DNA of 64,000 nt from Octopus vulgaris. Taxonomy: Eukaryota. The stretch's first letter is position 1; the number at the start of each line of letters is the position of its first letter. The DNA lies in contig OX597816.1 in assembly GCA_951406725.2 (NCBI GenBank), forward strand, positions 70,308,001 through 70,372,000. The letters run 5' to 3'. A program made the translations under genes and the position numbers. The notes under the pieces were generated by a model that saw nothing but the letters and a program-made list of their open reading frames with translations, ran no database searches and was not told the origin of the DNA. This document shows positions 39,762 through 53,340 of this stretch, one piece after another.

Positions 39762-40276
39762 TGGTGACGGTCTCGTTTAGAGAATGCGCGGGTTAAGACT
39801 ACGCGCTTTCATTGGTCGGTTAAAGATGAGACAGTGTCACGTGACAACTTTCTGGGGCTGCCTGCTGGAGCCAAGCAGCAGGTATTTAAAGGGAAACTTG
39901 ACAAGACAGTCAGTCGCCCGCTGACACTCGTTGACGCTACATCGAAGAGGCCAGGGGATAGAAGAAAGGAGGAGACGTGCACCCAACACCAGAACTGAAG
40001 ACACCTCCAAAAGCGGGGGGCACGTCAAAACGGTAGAGGAGTAGGGGCCGAGACCGGACGTGGTTCCTCCTGATGATGTCTTGAGGTAACTGGATCCTAT
40101 AAAGGAGCTTTTGTGGTAGCAGACCACGAAACACGGTTGAAATTCCTGAGAGGAAGTGAAAAAAAGGAAGAAAACCTGGACATCGTAAAGCATATACTGA
40201 GGCGTGGAGATTGGGGTAGACTAAAAATAAACAAATTCAGTACTGTAATATAAGCTGGTAATTGGGTCATATCTAC
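39762..40276 (+). mobile_element. GC-richer island resembling a solo LTR
   Basis: TG start, ATTGG, TATTTAAA followed by CAGTC, AATAAA near 40226, CA end; no TSD found. Confidence 0.3.
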
Positions 40277-40877
40277 ATAGAATAGAAGGTACGGGAATTT
40301 TTTACCTAAGGATTTCTGTTAAATGAGCGGAAATCGTCTTTTCATAAATCTGGCGGAAAATTATCTGAAATGATACATAAATCGGAACGGCTCTTGGGGA
40401 TATGGATCAAGAATAAGAATGAGTGTATTGCACCATACTGCACATGAGCGAAAAGTCAAATATTCATATAAAATATAGCACAAAGCTGAAGACAGAACTT
40501 CAAAATGGCTCTGTTCGTACATGGAGGTCTATAAAGAATAGGTATACTATAAACGTTGATCTACGATTGGATGAGTTTTCGCATCTGCAGCAGATTATGC
40601 TAATGATGATGACGAGCTATAGGAAAGAAGACTACTGCTCATCTTGTTAGCAATTGTCATTGCCCTACTGCCTATCACACAGCAGTAAACATCATGTATA
40701 ATGTGTATGAGCCGTACAACAGTGTTATCGAATTCTTTTACATTCCCCAATGTATTTCTCTTCAAATATTTTTATGTATACATACTGCATTCTTGTGTTT
40801 AAAAATTGATAATTTCATGTGCTAAAAGTGTTTCTGTTTAGCTTACCAATTTATCTTTCAATATATCTATCTATATG

Positions 40878-40959
<82 letters not shown>

Positions 40960-40997
40960 TATATATAAATATATATATATATGTATATATATATATG

Positions 40998-41063
<66 letters not shown>

Positions 41064-41086
41064 CATACATATATACATATACATAC

Positions 41087-41118
<32 letters not shown>

Positions 41119-41455
41119 ATATATGTATATGTATACATAAGTATATATGTGTGTGTGTGAGTGTGTGAGTGTGTGTATGTATGTGTATACATGCAAATAT
41201 ACACAGACACATAAGCGCGCGCGAATGTATATATATATTTAAACATAAGCCATGAACTAGAAAGTGATTAATCAACACCGTAATTGGGAAATGGAAAATT
41301 TCTTTTAATAATTTATCGCTACCCGTACAACACCAATGGTTTCATGAAAATATATTCGCAATTGTTCAACCCAATATTGAATAACAGCGAATTTATTTCC
41401 GTGAAGCCATTATTATTGTACTAACAGCACTCAACTATTAAAAGAAATATATAGG

Positions 41456-41539
<84 letters not shown>

Positions 41540-41977
41540 AAGATATTTTTATACAATATTTATAATATACAGAACTTAATATGCCAAACTATGTATTTTA
41601 GAGCAGCGCTATTACATAATATTGATAGCTATTACTATTTGTTCCCTGAATAAGACTTGGCGAAACACACATTTGATCAAAGATAATCACCCGTTTGTCA
41701 ATGCATGTGTATTTTTTTTTCCCATGCTTAGTATAACTTCCACTATATTCTGTATTACATAATTTCTTTTTTAAAACTGGAGATTTTGCTACCATTTTCT
41801 AACTGATCGAGACCTTACATAGAGAATTCTTTTCTATGTTCGCTTGTTTGTTTTTTTTGCTTTGGTTTTTTTTTTCTTCATTGCCGCTACCACCACCACC
41901 ACCGCCACATTCGCAATATTTCATTTCATACAAAACAGAAGATACTCAGTGTTATAAAATTAAGCAACAATATTACC

Positions 41978-42039
<62 letters not shown>

Positions 42040-43131
42040 TGATAATAATGATAATAACAATTAATATGTCAAAAAAAATAAGTAATACCAAATAGTGTGA
42101 AATAAAAGCTTCATTAGTTTGCTCTGATCGTTTATTTTAAACGGACGATTAGCTTGATCATATTGTCAGAATTATCTCGCCGTAAATCATTCTTACAATT
42201 ATGGATTTTGTCTAGACAGCATTAATGAACTGCGATAAAGTAAAATAATATCTAAAGATGGAATAACCCTCCACCCACTCCTCTAGCTTCTAAAAAAATA
42301 TAGTGTCTTTTCATCTTTAATTCTGGTCGTTTAGTATTCTGCCACTATCTGCCTAGACGCTAAGTAAAAAATATAGTTTCATATTGAGAAACTAGTCACA
42401 TACACTGTGTCGCCGTTGAAATTGCATATCTTCCGAGATTGCTGCAACAAAATTATTTTTCATCTTTCACTTGTATATTCTTTTAGTATCATAAATGCTT
42501 TACAGAAAGTTAAACATTTTTTTCTTTACTTCAAGTACATCATCAAATACAGCTACAGACAAAAATGAAGTTACAAAAAATTGCTTTGGAAAGACGAGTT
42601 CCCGAGTTCGCTCCAGATGTAGAACATCTTGAACCAGTGTCTAATACTGCAGAATCTTGTTAACCAATGCCTTGAGAGTGAAATTTAGAGGATCTGTTTT
42701 GTTTTGATGCACAGAGCCTGATTTTATCGAAGATTTTTACACCATGCGAATTATAAGAACCACAAAAAATTTAACATAAGAAAAGAATTTTAAATATTTT
42801 GAGGTTAAAGTTTTCGTAATTTTAGCCAATCACATCCATCGATTCATTTCAACTCTTTCTAATTATTATGGAAAACGTCATAGATTTTATTATTTTTGAA
42901 TTCGATCATCCACTATGACAACTAGCACAACACACACAAGAAACACAGATAATTTCCATAAATTAAAAAATATATGTTATATGGTGCTTGACTATACCCT
43001 TATTTTTTTCATATTGTTTGTGTACGTGTGTGTAATAAAATAACCCTAAGTCACGAACCTCCATGGACACACACACACACTAAAGGACACACTCAGCCAC
43101 GTACATGTGTATATGTGTGTGTGTGTATGTA

Positions 43132-43176
<45 letters not shown>

Positions 43177-43180
43177 GCGT

Positions 43181-43495
43181 GGAGACGCAATGGCCCAGTG
43201 GTTAGGGCAGCGGACTCGTGATCGGAGGATCGCGGTTTCGATTCTCAGACCGGGCGTTGTGTGTGTTTATTGGGCGAAAACACCTAAAGCTCCACGAGGC
43301 TCCGGCAGGGTGTGGAGCGACCCCTGTTGTACTCTTTCGCTCCAACTTTCTCTCACTCTTCTTTCCTGTTTCTTGAGTAACGCTACGATGGACTGGCGTC
43401 CCGTCCAGCTGGGGGGAACATATGCTCAACAGAAACTGGGAAACCGGGCCCATGAGTCCGGCTAGGCATGAAAAGGGCGAATAAACATAAATAAA
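43181..43495 (+). mobile_element. SINE family C (tRNA-Arg-like head)
   Basis: Head as at 19639; body GATGGACTGGCGTCCCGTCCAG..GAAACCGGG; A-rich end. Confidence 0.85.
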
Positions 43496-43514
43496 AAATA
43501 AAATTATACATATA

Positions 43515-43932
43515 GGCGCAGGAGTGGCTGTGTGGTAAGTAGCTTGTCTACCAACCACATGGTTCCGGGTTCAGTCCCACTGCGTGGCACCTTGGGCAAG
43601 TGTCTTCTACTATAGCCTCGGGCCGACCAAAGCCTTGTGAGTGGATTTAGTAGACGGAAACGGAAAGAAGCCCGTCGTATATATGTATATATTTATATAT
43701 ATATACGTGTGTGTGTTTGTGTCTGTGTTTGTCCCCTAGCATTGCTTGACAACCGATACTGGTGTGTTTATGTCCCCGTTACTTAGCGGTTCGGCAAAAG
43801 AGGCCATTAGAATAAGTACTGGGCTTACAAAAGAATAAGTCCCGGGGTCGAGTTGCTCGATTAAAGGCGGTGCTCCAGCATGGCCGCAGTCAAATGACTG
43901 AAACAAGTAAAAGAGTAAAAGAGTAAAGAGTA
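43515..43932 (+). mobile_element. SINE family B, full length
   Basis: GGCGCAGGAGTGGCTGTGTGGTAAG (A box), GGTTCAGTCC (B box), core, internal microsatellite, tail CAGTCAAATGACTGAAACAAGTAAAAGAGTAAAAGAGTA. Confidence 0.93.
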
Positions 43933-44199
43933 TATATATATATATATGTATGTATGTATGTGTGTGTGTGCTTGTGTATTATATGTGTGTCCATGTGTAT
44001 TTATAGTGAAAAACATTGTATATGGTTAGATGGTTTAAGATCTATCTTTCAGCATATTGCTGTAGGAAAATTTTTCTTTTGCCCTTATTTATAATTATAT
44101 ATATGGTGATTTTGACTGCTATTTCTAGACATACAAGGGTTTTGCAACCCTCTCCGTTATAATTGTGATTTATTCATAATTATGCACACTTATGAAATT

Positions 44200-44256
<57 letters not shown>

Positions 44257-44738
44257 CTGTGTGTGTGTGTAGTGTATTGGTCCGTAGTGGTAAGATCAAC
44301 CAAAGAGTATCCCATCTAGTAAGAGTTAAATATTTAATAAACACAGAGCCCGAGGATTGTGTGAATGCACCAGACGTGTTATAAACTGTCTGAGTTATTT
44401 TGCACAACATGAAACTATTAGTAAGTCATTAAAATATGTACTGTTATTATTTAAGGATGTGTATGTATGCATAATATGTATGTATGTACATATATATACT
44501 ATTTATGTACATACATATATGTACGTACGTACGTACGTTTGTATGTATGTATGTCTATACTTAATTTGTTCAGGTAGTTATGAAGTTAGATGTGATTTTT
44601 TTGCTTTCAGTACAACCCAAAAAGTGGAAGGTATGAAATATAATATTGCAATGCATTTATTTAGTTGATATTCGTTTCCTTTTCTGCCGTTTCAACTGTA
44701 GAACCATACGCACCCGCGCACAGACACACATATAAGAA

Positions 44739-44782
<44 letters not shown>

Positions 44783-44808
44783 TGTATGTATGTATGTATG
44801 TATATATA

Positions 44809-44928
44809 TCACGTGATCACGTGACCGACCAGGCCATCAGATGTTGCTACACATCGCTGGTCACAATGCGCTTGGCATTGTTTTAGCCTTCAGTGACGCC
44901 AACCCGTTGGCTAAGCGAGCAGGCCAAT
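44809..44928 (+). mobile_element. Family E retroposon stub in (TA)n
   Basis: Second copy of 34238-34350. Confidence 0.75.
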
Positions 44929-45097
44929 ATATATATATATATATATGCATACATATACATATATATATATATATATACATATAGAGAGAGAGAAAGAGCT
45001 ATATATATGCATGCATACATACATACATACATACATACATACATACATACATACATACATACATACATACATACATACATACATACATACATACATA

Positions 45098-45320
45098 CCT
45101 ATGCGACATGACATTTGTCACTAAAACAGTATACAACGCCATTCGGAAAAAAGGTTCTTCTGAAATGAATATAGAAAATCTTCCTGTTATTGGATATGTG
45201 CACAAATAGCAGCACAAAGAATAGCGTGGGCGCATTCCCATCAAAACAACTGTTTCGAAACCTCCAGCTTCTATATCCAGATGATAAAGATGGAGCTTTG
45301 TATCTTTGTTAGAAATCACC
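45098..45320 (+). pseudogene. Deleted fragment of the R4/Dong-like LINE
   Basis: PMRHD..VTKTVYNAIRKK and QLFRNLQLLYPD match MRHDVVAK and ELLRDLQFLYPD at 28040-28360, including at nucleotide level (CTCCAG.TTCTATATCCAGA). Confidence 0.65.
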
Positions 45321-45890
45321 TCGTTTTACAGAGGAAAATTTTAAACAGTTAAATACAAAAGCGACATAGCTGAAACTACAAAAAAATACATGCATACATC
45401 AATGTAGTTATTCCAGCAGTATATTGCTTTGAACCACTCTAAATACCTTATTTTCTAAAGGATATCAAGATTCTAGTTGACACTAACCTCTTTATATTAC
45501 TGGTACTTGAGTTATTGAATCTGAATATGGGATTCAATGCAAGATTACCAAGACGAAATAGGATAGAAGTTGAACTTAGAACCTTGATGTTTTTTGTTTG
45601 TAACATCACCAAAGTTCAAGAGGCAAATGTTCTGAAATATATATGTATGTTTCAGAACAGACATGTGTGTATATATGTATGTATGAGTGTATGTATGTAT
45701 GTACGTACGAATATACGTACATACACTCATACATACATACATACATATATATGTGTGTATGTGTGTATACACATATACACATTCTTACATATAAGCAAAT
45801 ATACGCACTCATACGCATACATATCACACAAATATGTGGAAACTTAAAGATAAACACAATAAAACACTCATAGGTGCATAAAACATTATA

Positions 45891-45993
<103 letters not shown>

Positions 45994-46499
45994 GAATATA
46001 TACATATATATATACCCTTATGCATATATACATACAGATATATATGCATGTATGTATGAATGTATATATGCATAGCCACACACACATACACACACACATG
46101 TAAACATATATATATATATATATATATATAAGGACTAATGCACACACTCACATACATCAGCATTGTTATATACACACATTCTAGTCTATTCATTCACGCA
46201 CACAAACGCGCACACACACACACACATACACACACACACATACAACAACGGCAAGACTCAAACGGAGTACTTATAAATATCTCATTCAGTATGACGATGC
46301 CAAACAGATCGATTCCAGCTCCAATCTGTCAGCAAAAGATTCAAAACAAAAGACTTTGTAGAAGTGCGATGTCTTATATAAAATGAGGGTTTGTCAAAAT
46401 CGCAGCAGGAGGACTTCCCTTTGTTTTGACAGATTTTGAATGGTGATGAAAACAAAAATCACATCTAAATTCATAACTATCAGAACTAAGGACGTCAAT

Positions 46500-46537
<38 letters not shown>

Positions 46538-46737
46538 GTATGTGTGTATGTTTATATATTTATATATATGTGTGTATATATAGATACATATATATATACA
46601 CATATATATATACACATATATATACATATATATACATACATATATATATATACATACACGCACATACACGCACACAAACATATAATATGCATTTATATAT
46701 ACAAATACATATGCGCGTTAACCACACACACACATAC

Positions 46738-46791
<54 letters not shown>

Positions 46792-46961
46792 TGTGTGTGT
46801 GTTTGTGTGACAGAGAGTGAGAGAGAGAGAGACAAACTCTGTGTTTAGCTATTTTCAATACTAGCACCTTGTTTTCTCTAAATATTTCAAGAATGAGAAA
46901 CTATTGATCAGTGCGATAATGAGAAAGCGGGCATTTAAGCAGATGGATAGATAGATAGATA

Positions 46962-47270
46962 AGTTTCTTTATTGGCCACACAGGGCTGCACACAGATGGG
47001 ACAAGTTACAAGGTAGAGCTTTTCTTTTGGGGGATGAAGAAAACAAAAAAAAAAAAAAACGGGTGGCGTAGGTTTTCGATCAAGAGGGATCGTAAAAGGG
47101 AAGAAAAGAACAAAAATAAATAAATAAATAAATAAAATAAAAAATAAAAAGAATAAAAAGAAAAAAAAGGAAAAGGAAAAGGAACAAGAGAAAAGAGAAA
47201 TGAAAAAAGAAGAAAAAAGGGGAAGAGGAAAAAAAAGAACGATCAATAGGAATCGTGTATCACAGTGTTA
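46962..47270 (-). mobile_element. Tx1-like LINE, 3' UTR-only copy in (GATA)n
   Basis: Highly similar to 23048-23340, with the same AAGAAACT|TATC junction. Confidence 0.9.
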
Positions 47271-47685
<415 letters not shown>

Positions 47686-48034
47686 AAAGAATGAGATAAT
47701 CAATATATATGGGGTTCTTGTTTTGGACGACAGTATTCTGTTACTGAGAGGCTCATCGCTTTTCTTGAACATTCTAGCTACCTGACCCGATTGGATTTTG
47801 TAGGTGTACTTCGTAAAACTCAGATAAATGGACCGAGTTAGGTAACCAGCCGCACTGACAATTGTCCAGGAATAGAGAAATGGAACGTTGAGAAAGTTAC
47901 AGCGGTAAACTGTGACTACAGCCCTATGTAACAAATATCTCCTCTATTTAAAGTCTAGTGTCCTTGTTAAGTTCTTTCATGTAATTACTCTATACGCAAT
48001 CGCACCTGCACTTTACAATATGACTGTACGTATG

Positions 48035-48245
48035 AGGGTGACGAAATTGCAGAGTCGTTAGCACGCCGATCAAAATGCTTTGCGGTATTTCGTCTGCCGT
48101 TACGTTCTGAGTTCAATTTCCGCTGAATTCGACTTTGCCTATCGGGATCGGTAAAATAAGTGCCATTAGAACCCAAAGATCGATGTAATTAACTCGTCCT
48201 CTCCCCCGAAATTGCAAGCCTCGTGCTAAAATTTGGAAAGAATAT
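48035..48245 (+). mobile_element. Degenerate SINE family A (A2 tail)
   Basis: GCAGAGTCGTTAGCACGCC..CGTTCTGAGTTCAA..CCCCCGAAATTGCAAGCCTCGTGC. Confidence 0.75.
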
Positions 48246-48337
48246 GCTTGTATGTAAGGATTTACGTGTGTTTTTATGTGAATATACGTACGTTTGTATG
48301 TCATTAGATTGCAGAGCTTCGAGGGAAATGGTTTTTA

Positions 48338-48620
48338 GTGTGTGTTCTATCTGTTTACATTCTAAGTTCAAATGCTGCTGTGTTCAGCTTTCTCCTTTAT
48401 CCTTTCTGCTTCCACAAAAGTATTGACTCAAAGATTTAAAGACATCAATTAAATCCTTCCCCTCAAAATTTCTGGGCTTCTTTTAGGCCGACCACCTTTA
48501 TCATTCCTGCATGTAGAGCAGTGATCTGACAAAATCGTTAAAGCGTCGAGAAAAGGCTTTGCAGCATTTAAGACGGCTCTTTACATTTTGCATTTAAAGC
48601 CCACCAAGCTAAAATTACCT
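48338..48620. repeat. Left arm of a local inverted duplication
   Basis: Reverse complement of about 50210-50630, including the repeat unit of the array below. Confidence 0.85.
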
Positions 48621-49410
48621 CTAACTCGTCCGGGGTCAATAAAATAATGTACCAGTTAAGTACTGGGGATAATGGTAACGACTAACCCATTTTCGCAGTT
48701 TCAAGCCTTGAACCTATTTTAGAGACATCCCTTCATGTTCAAATACAGAAAGACGATCCGAGATTAAAACGGGGTTTATATGAGCTTTAATTCTAAACAG
48801 ACAGATGTCGTAAATAACATTATCTTCGATGTAGTATTTGCTGTATAGTAAGAATATGTTGCAGTAGTATTGATCATGCAGTAAAGGCTAGATTTACAAG
48901 TCAAAAGCGTACGAGAAATCTGTATGTTAGTGAAGGTGACAGAAAATGGAGAGATCTGTCTGTTAGCAAAGGAGACACTAAGTGAAAGGGGGAATAAGTC
49001 TATTGGCACAGGAGACTCAGATTTATCATAGATTCCTGTATGCATGAAGCCATAGTTGGCACTGAAAGACTACAAAGGACATATATGTTGAACTTAGGTC
49101 AGCTGCACCACAAAAAAAAAAAGAATTATGGAAACCAGGCAAGGATTTGCTTAGTGCAGTTTGTATCAACACTTCCTACAAATGTCTTTTAGTATAAAAA
49201 TATAAACTTTACAGGTCAAAATACCATACTAGTTTATACTGCAGCAAAATTATACGTCTGTACTAAGATAGCGCAATATTAGTCAGAACACATATTTAGT
49301 TTAGGTTTCTCGTCTTCGCCGAAGATGATCTATACATATATACATATATACACGCACGCACACACACACACATACACACACATACACACACACATTTATT
49401 TGTGTGTGTG

Positions 49411-49450
<40 letters not shown>

Positions 49451-49471
49451 TGTGTGTGTGTGTGCGTGTGC

Positions 49472-49510
<39 letters not shown>

Positions 49511-49967
49511 TGTGTGTGTGTTGTGTGCGTGTGCGTGTGTGTGTGTGTGTGCGTGTGTGTGTGTGCGCGTGTGTGTGTGTTGATTTGCTCGGCTAAAGGC
49601 GATGCTCCAGCATGGCCACAGTCACATGACTGAAACAAGTAAAAGAGTAAAAGTGTTTGTGTGCGAGTGTATGTATGCACGCGCGTGTGTGTGTGCGTGC
49701 GTGTGTGTGTGTGGGTGTGTGTGTTTGTGTGTGTGTGTGTGTGCGTGTGTGCGTGCGTGTGTACGCGTAAGCTGATCTGTCAAACAAATTTGGCTGCCGT
49801 TATTTTAAGCAAACTGAACAGCCTTGTAGAAGCTCCAATATCGGCTCTGTCAGTCAAGCAAAGCCGAGCATGTAGAGTTTACTACCTTATCCAATATGGT
49901 TAGCTCACATTACTCCGTAAGGAGCGTAAGGCCGGTTTTGCCGCTTTCTCTTGTGTTTATATTTTTC

Positions 49968-50497
49968 CCGACGCTTTAACGATTTTGTCAGACCACTGCT
50001 CTACATGCAGGAATGATGAAGGTTCTCGGCCTAAAAGAAGCCCAGACACTAAAGGTAATTTTGGCTTGGTGGGCTTTGAGTACAAAATGTAAAGAGCCGT
50101 CTTAAATGCTGCAAAGCCTTTTTCCGACGCTCTAACGATTTTGTCAGACCACTGCTCTACATGCAGGAATGATGAAGGTTCTCGGCCTAAAAGAAGCCCA
50201 GACATTAAAGGTAATTTTGGCTTGGTGGGCTTTGAATACAAAATGTAAAGAGCCGTCTTAAATGCTGCAAAGCCTTTTTCCGACGCTCTAACGATTTTGT
50301 CAGACCACTGCTCTACATGCAGGAATGATGAAGGTTCTCGGCCTAAAAGAAGCCCAGACATTAAAGGTCTTTAAATACAAAATGTAAAGAGCCGTCTTAA
50401 ATGCTGCAAAGCCTTTTTCCGACGCTCTAACGATTTTGTCAGACCACTGCTCTACATGCAGGAATGATGAAGGTTCTCGGCCTAAAAGACGCCCAGA
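49968..50497. repeat. 156-bp tandem array of about 3.5 units
   Basis: CCGACGCT at 49968, 50124, 50280 and 50419 (last period 139 nt); units nearly identical. Confidence 0.95.
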
Positions 50498-51599
50498 AAT
50501 TTTGAGGGGAAGAATTTAATTGATGTCTTTAAATCTTTGAGTCAATACTTTTATGGAAGCAGAAAGGATAAATGAGAAAGCTGAACACAGCAGCATTTGA
50601 ACTTAGAACGTAAACAGATAGAACACACACCACAAATCATTTATATTCCGCCGGTCCGCGACAGAATTACTCGTTTTTACCAGCTGAATGAACCAAAGTA
50701 ACGTGAAATGAAGTGTTTTGCTCAAGAACACAATGTCCCGACTTTTTCAGAAATCGAAACTACAATCTTACGATCACATGTCCAACCGCTTAACCTCTAA
50801 GCCATGCGTCTCCACAAACCGTGTCCAATTTTGTTACAGTAAAATTCTGAACTGAAGTCAAGTGGTCAGTAGGCCATCGTCATGATACTTAACCCATGAT
50901 TTACTCTAGATTATGTCTAGGATTATTTCCAATAGATCTCTAGTTAGAGGAACTTAAAGTTTTGATATCACAACTCATCTTCCTCTTTCTGTTCCGTTTC
51001 ATTTCTCAAGTTTTATTTTATTTCTTTTTTTCTCTTTTAATTTCAAATATCTCTCATCTATTCTCTTTTGATCTGACTTTCTGTTCATACTAACCTTCAC
51101 TCTTTTGTTCTTTATGCCCTTCTTTTGCTCCTACATTGTATCACTTTCGTTCTATCAGCCTCTGCCCCCATTGATTCATCCAATATATCTCATTCCCTCC
51201 CGTCCTCTATTATGTTATTACATCTCCCACCTTTTTTTTTTTTCTCTATTACCTTTCCTTTCATACGAAATTTCATGCCCTCTTTCTCTTTCTATTTCTC
51301 TTTCTCTCTTCAAATTAGTCTAGCGATTACAGTTAAATTCTAGTTTGTGATTGATATAAAATATTGATTTGCAATAAGATCTATTCGGTGAGACAAGGAT
51401 ATGAGGAGTACTTCTCTTATGATGGGTAGTCAACAAACCGTATAAAATATCAAGGCAATCTCTTTTATTTCTCTGTTCACAAAGAGATAACAAATGTGTT
51501 TGCATCTGTTTAAAGTTCTACAACGAAATGTCTGGAAAAAAAACTGTAGTCTTAAATTTATGCAGTGCTGTGCATAAATATTTATATATTGTACACACA

Positions 51600-51640
<41 letters not shown>

Positions 51641-51768
51641 TTTGTGTGTGTGTTTGTGTGAGTGTGTGTGGATTAATTGGCTGAAAAGTTACAAGAGTGA
51701 CTCAAGAACCAAGAGTTTCGTGTAAGGCAGACTTTCTATTTCTCTTGTTTACTCTCGCCAATTGATAG

Positions 51769-51863
<95 letters not shown>

Positions 51864-51905
51864 CAGACAAACAGACAGACAGATAAACAGGCAGCCAGAC
51901 AGACT

Positions 51906-51973
<68 letters not shown>

Positions 51974-51974
<1 letters not shown>

Positions 51975-53142
51975 CTTTCTTTATTGGCCACACAGGGCTG
52001 GACACAGAGGGAACAATTACAAATATAGAGCTTTTCTTTTCGGAGATGGAAAAGGAAAAGGAATTAAAAAAAGGAAACAAATGTAAAATTTCGATCGAAA
52101 GGGATCGGAAGAAAAAAAGGCGATCAAAAGGGATCGAGTATCACAAAGAAAAATTTTTTTATTTCAAAGTAACAAGCAAGATTAGGTTCATCCGTGGAAA
52201 GAAAAGCCTACAGAAAAGACCACGGTAACCTCAGGCAGGGAGGAAATAAACACATGAGAGCAAAGTACTCTCTCTCTCTCTCTTTTACGATTTACAGGAT
52301 CATGCTCAAAATCGTTTCGTCATTCGCACGCACCATCTTTGCTACATTCACCCACCTTTTTTTTGAAACTTTCACGAGACAAAACCTGCCTCTCCATTCT
52401 CACCTTCCTTTTCAAGTGGTACTCGAAAAAGTTGATGAGCGATTGGCCAGAGAGGTAAGTGTTTGTCTCTAGTCCTTTCGCTCGAGTCCACCACACACAT
52501 TCTTTCACCATAGCTACCAGTACGATGAAGACTGCCTTGCCTTCCCGGTTGAGGGAAGGGGACGGTGCAATTATCACGATACACTCGGTCGTCAGGCGGA
52601 CTCGTCCCACACGTGACAGCAGCCGTTCGGCATAAGCCCACAGGTCCGAAATGGATGGACACTGCACGACCGCATGCAGAACGGTTTCGTCGCTCTGACC
52701 GCATCTCGGGCAAGTCGGTCCAGTGTGTTTCGAACCGTGCCTGTAGAGCTTATCCTGAACAGGTAATACTTCTCGATAGCACTGCCAGGCCAGAAATCTT
52801 TGGTGATTATCCATAGGTCCCGGCCCGAAAGTTGTCCTGAACAGGCGGGTCAGGTGTCTCTCGTCGACGCCCAGATTCTGCCCGAGAACGCCGTCGCACC
52901 TCCCCTCCACTTCTCCATTTGGAGGTCCGGACCGATCCAGACGCCGAGCAATTTAACCGGTCAGTCGGTCCAGTGCCTCACGATGGAGACGCTGTTGGAC
53001 GGCATGGGCTTGCTTCTCCAGGTGCCAAGTGCAAGTCCACTGACTTTTCCCGGTTAATTTTTGCTCCCGTTACCGCTTCGTATTCTTTTAGCGTCTCGCC
53101 GACCAGGTCGATGTGCTTGTGGCTCGACACTATGATGGTGAC
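51974..53142 (-). mobile_element. 5'-truncated, internally deleted Tx1-like LINE (second subfamily) in (GATA)n
   Basis: Begins [21 protein letters not shown] (just after the expected YADD), then KLLGVWIG, CPRCGQSDETVLHAVVQC; ends GTGGCCAATAAAGAAAGT|TATC. Confidence 0.88.
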
Positions 53143-53178
53143 AGATAGATAGATAGACAGAAAGATAGACAGATAGAC

Positions 53179-53267
<89 letters not shown>

Positions 53268-53284
53268 CAGACAGACAGATAGAC

Positions 53285-53340
<56 letters not shown>

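Noticed and set aside
40070-40140. CTGATGA..GAAAC in the LTR-like island (similar partial hits at 2769, 57091, 58339)
   Set aside because: No closing stem II or stem I pairing.
43181-43255. tRNA gene candidates (also 19639, 26060, 43515, 63890)
   Set aside because: A and B boxes are present but the cloverleaf is imperfect and each continues into a repeat body, so these are SINE heads.
46245-46500. Possible host exon (also 36190-36447, 47700-47934, 48776-49045)
   Set aside because: No recognisable domain, stops in the frames examined or no convincing splice-site pair; a small exon cannot be excluded without RNA data.
49957-50361. 134-aa ORF with 52-aa repeats; array superficially CRISPR-like
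   Set aside because: A by-product of a 156-bp tandem repeat with no unique spacers and no cas genes, in a eukaryotic context.
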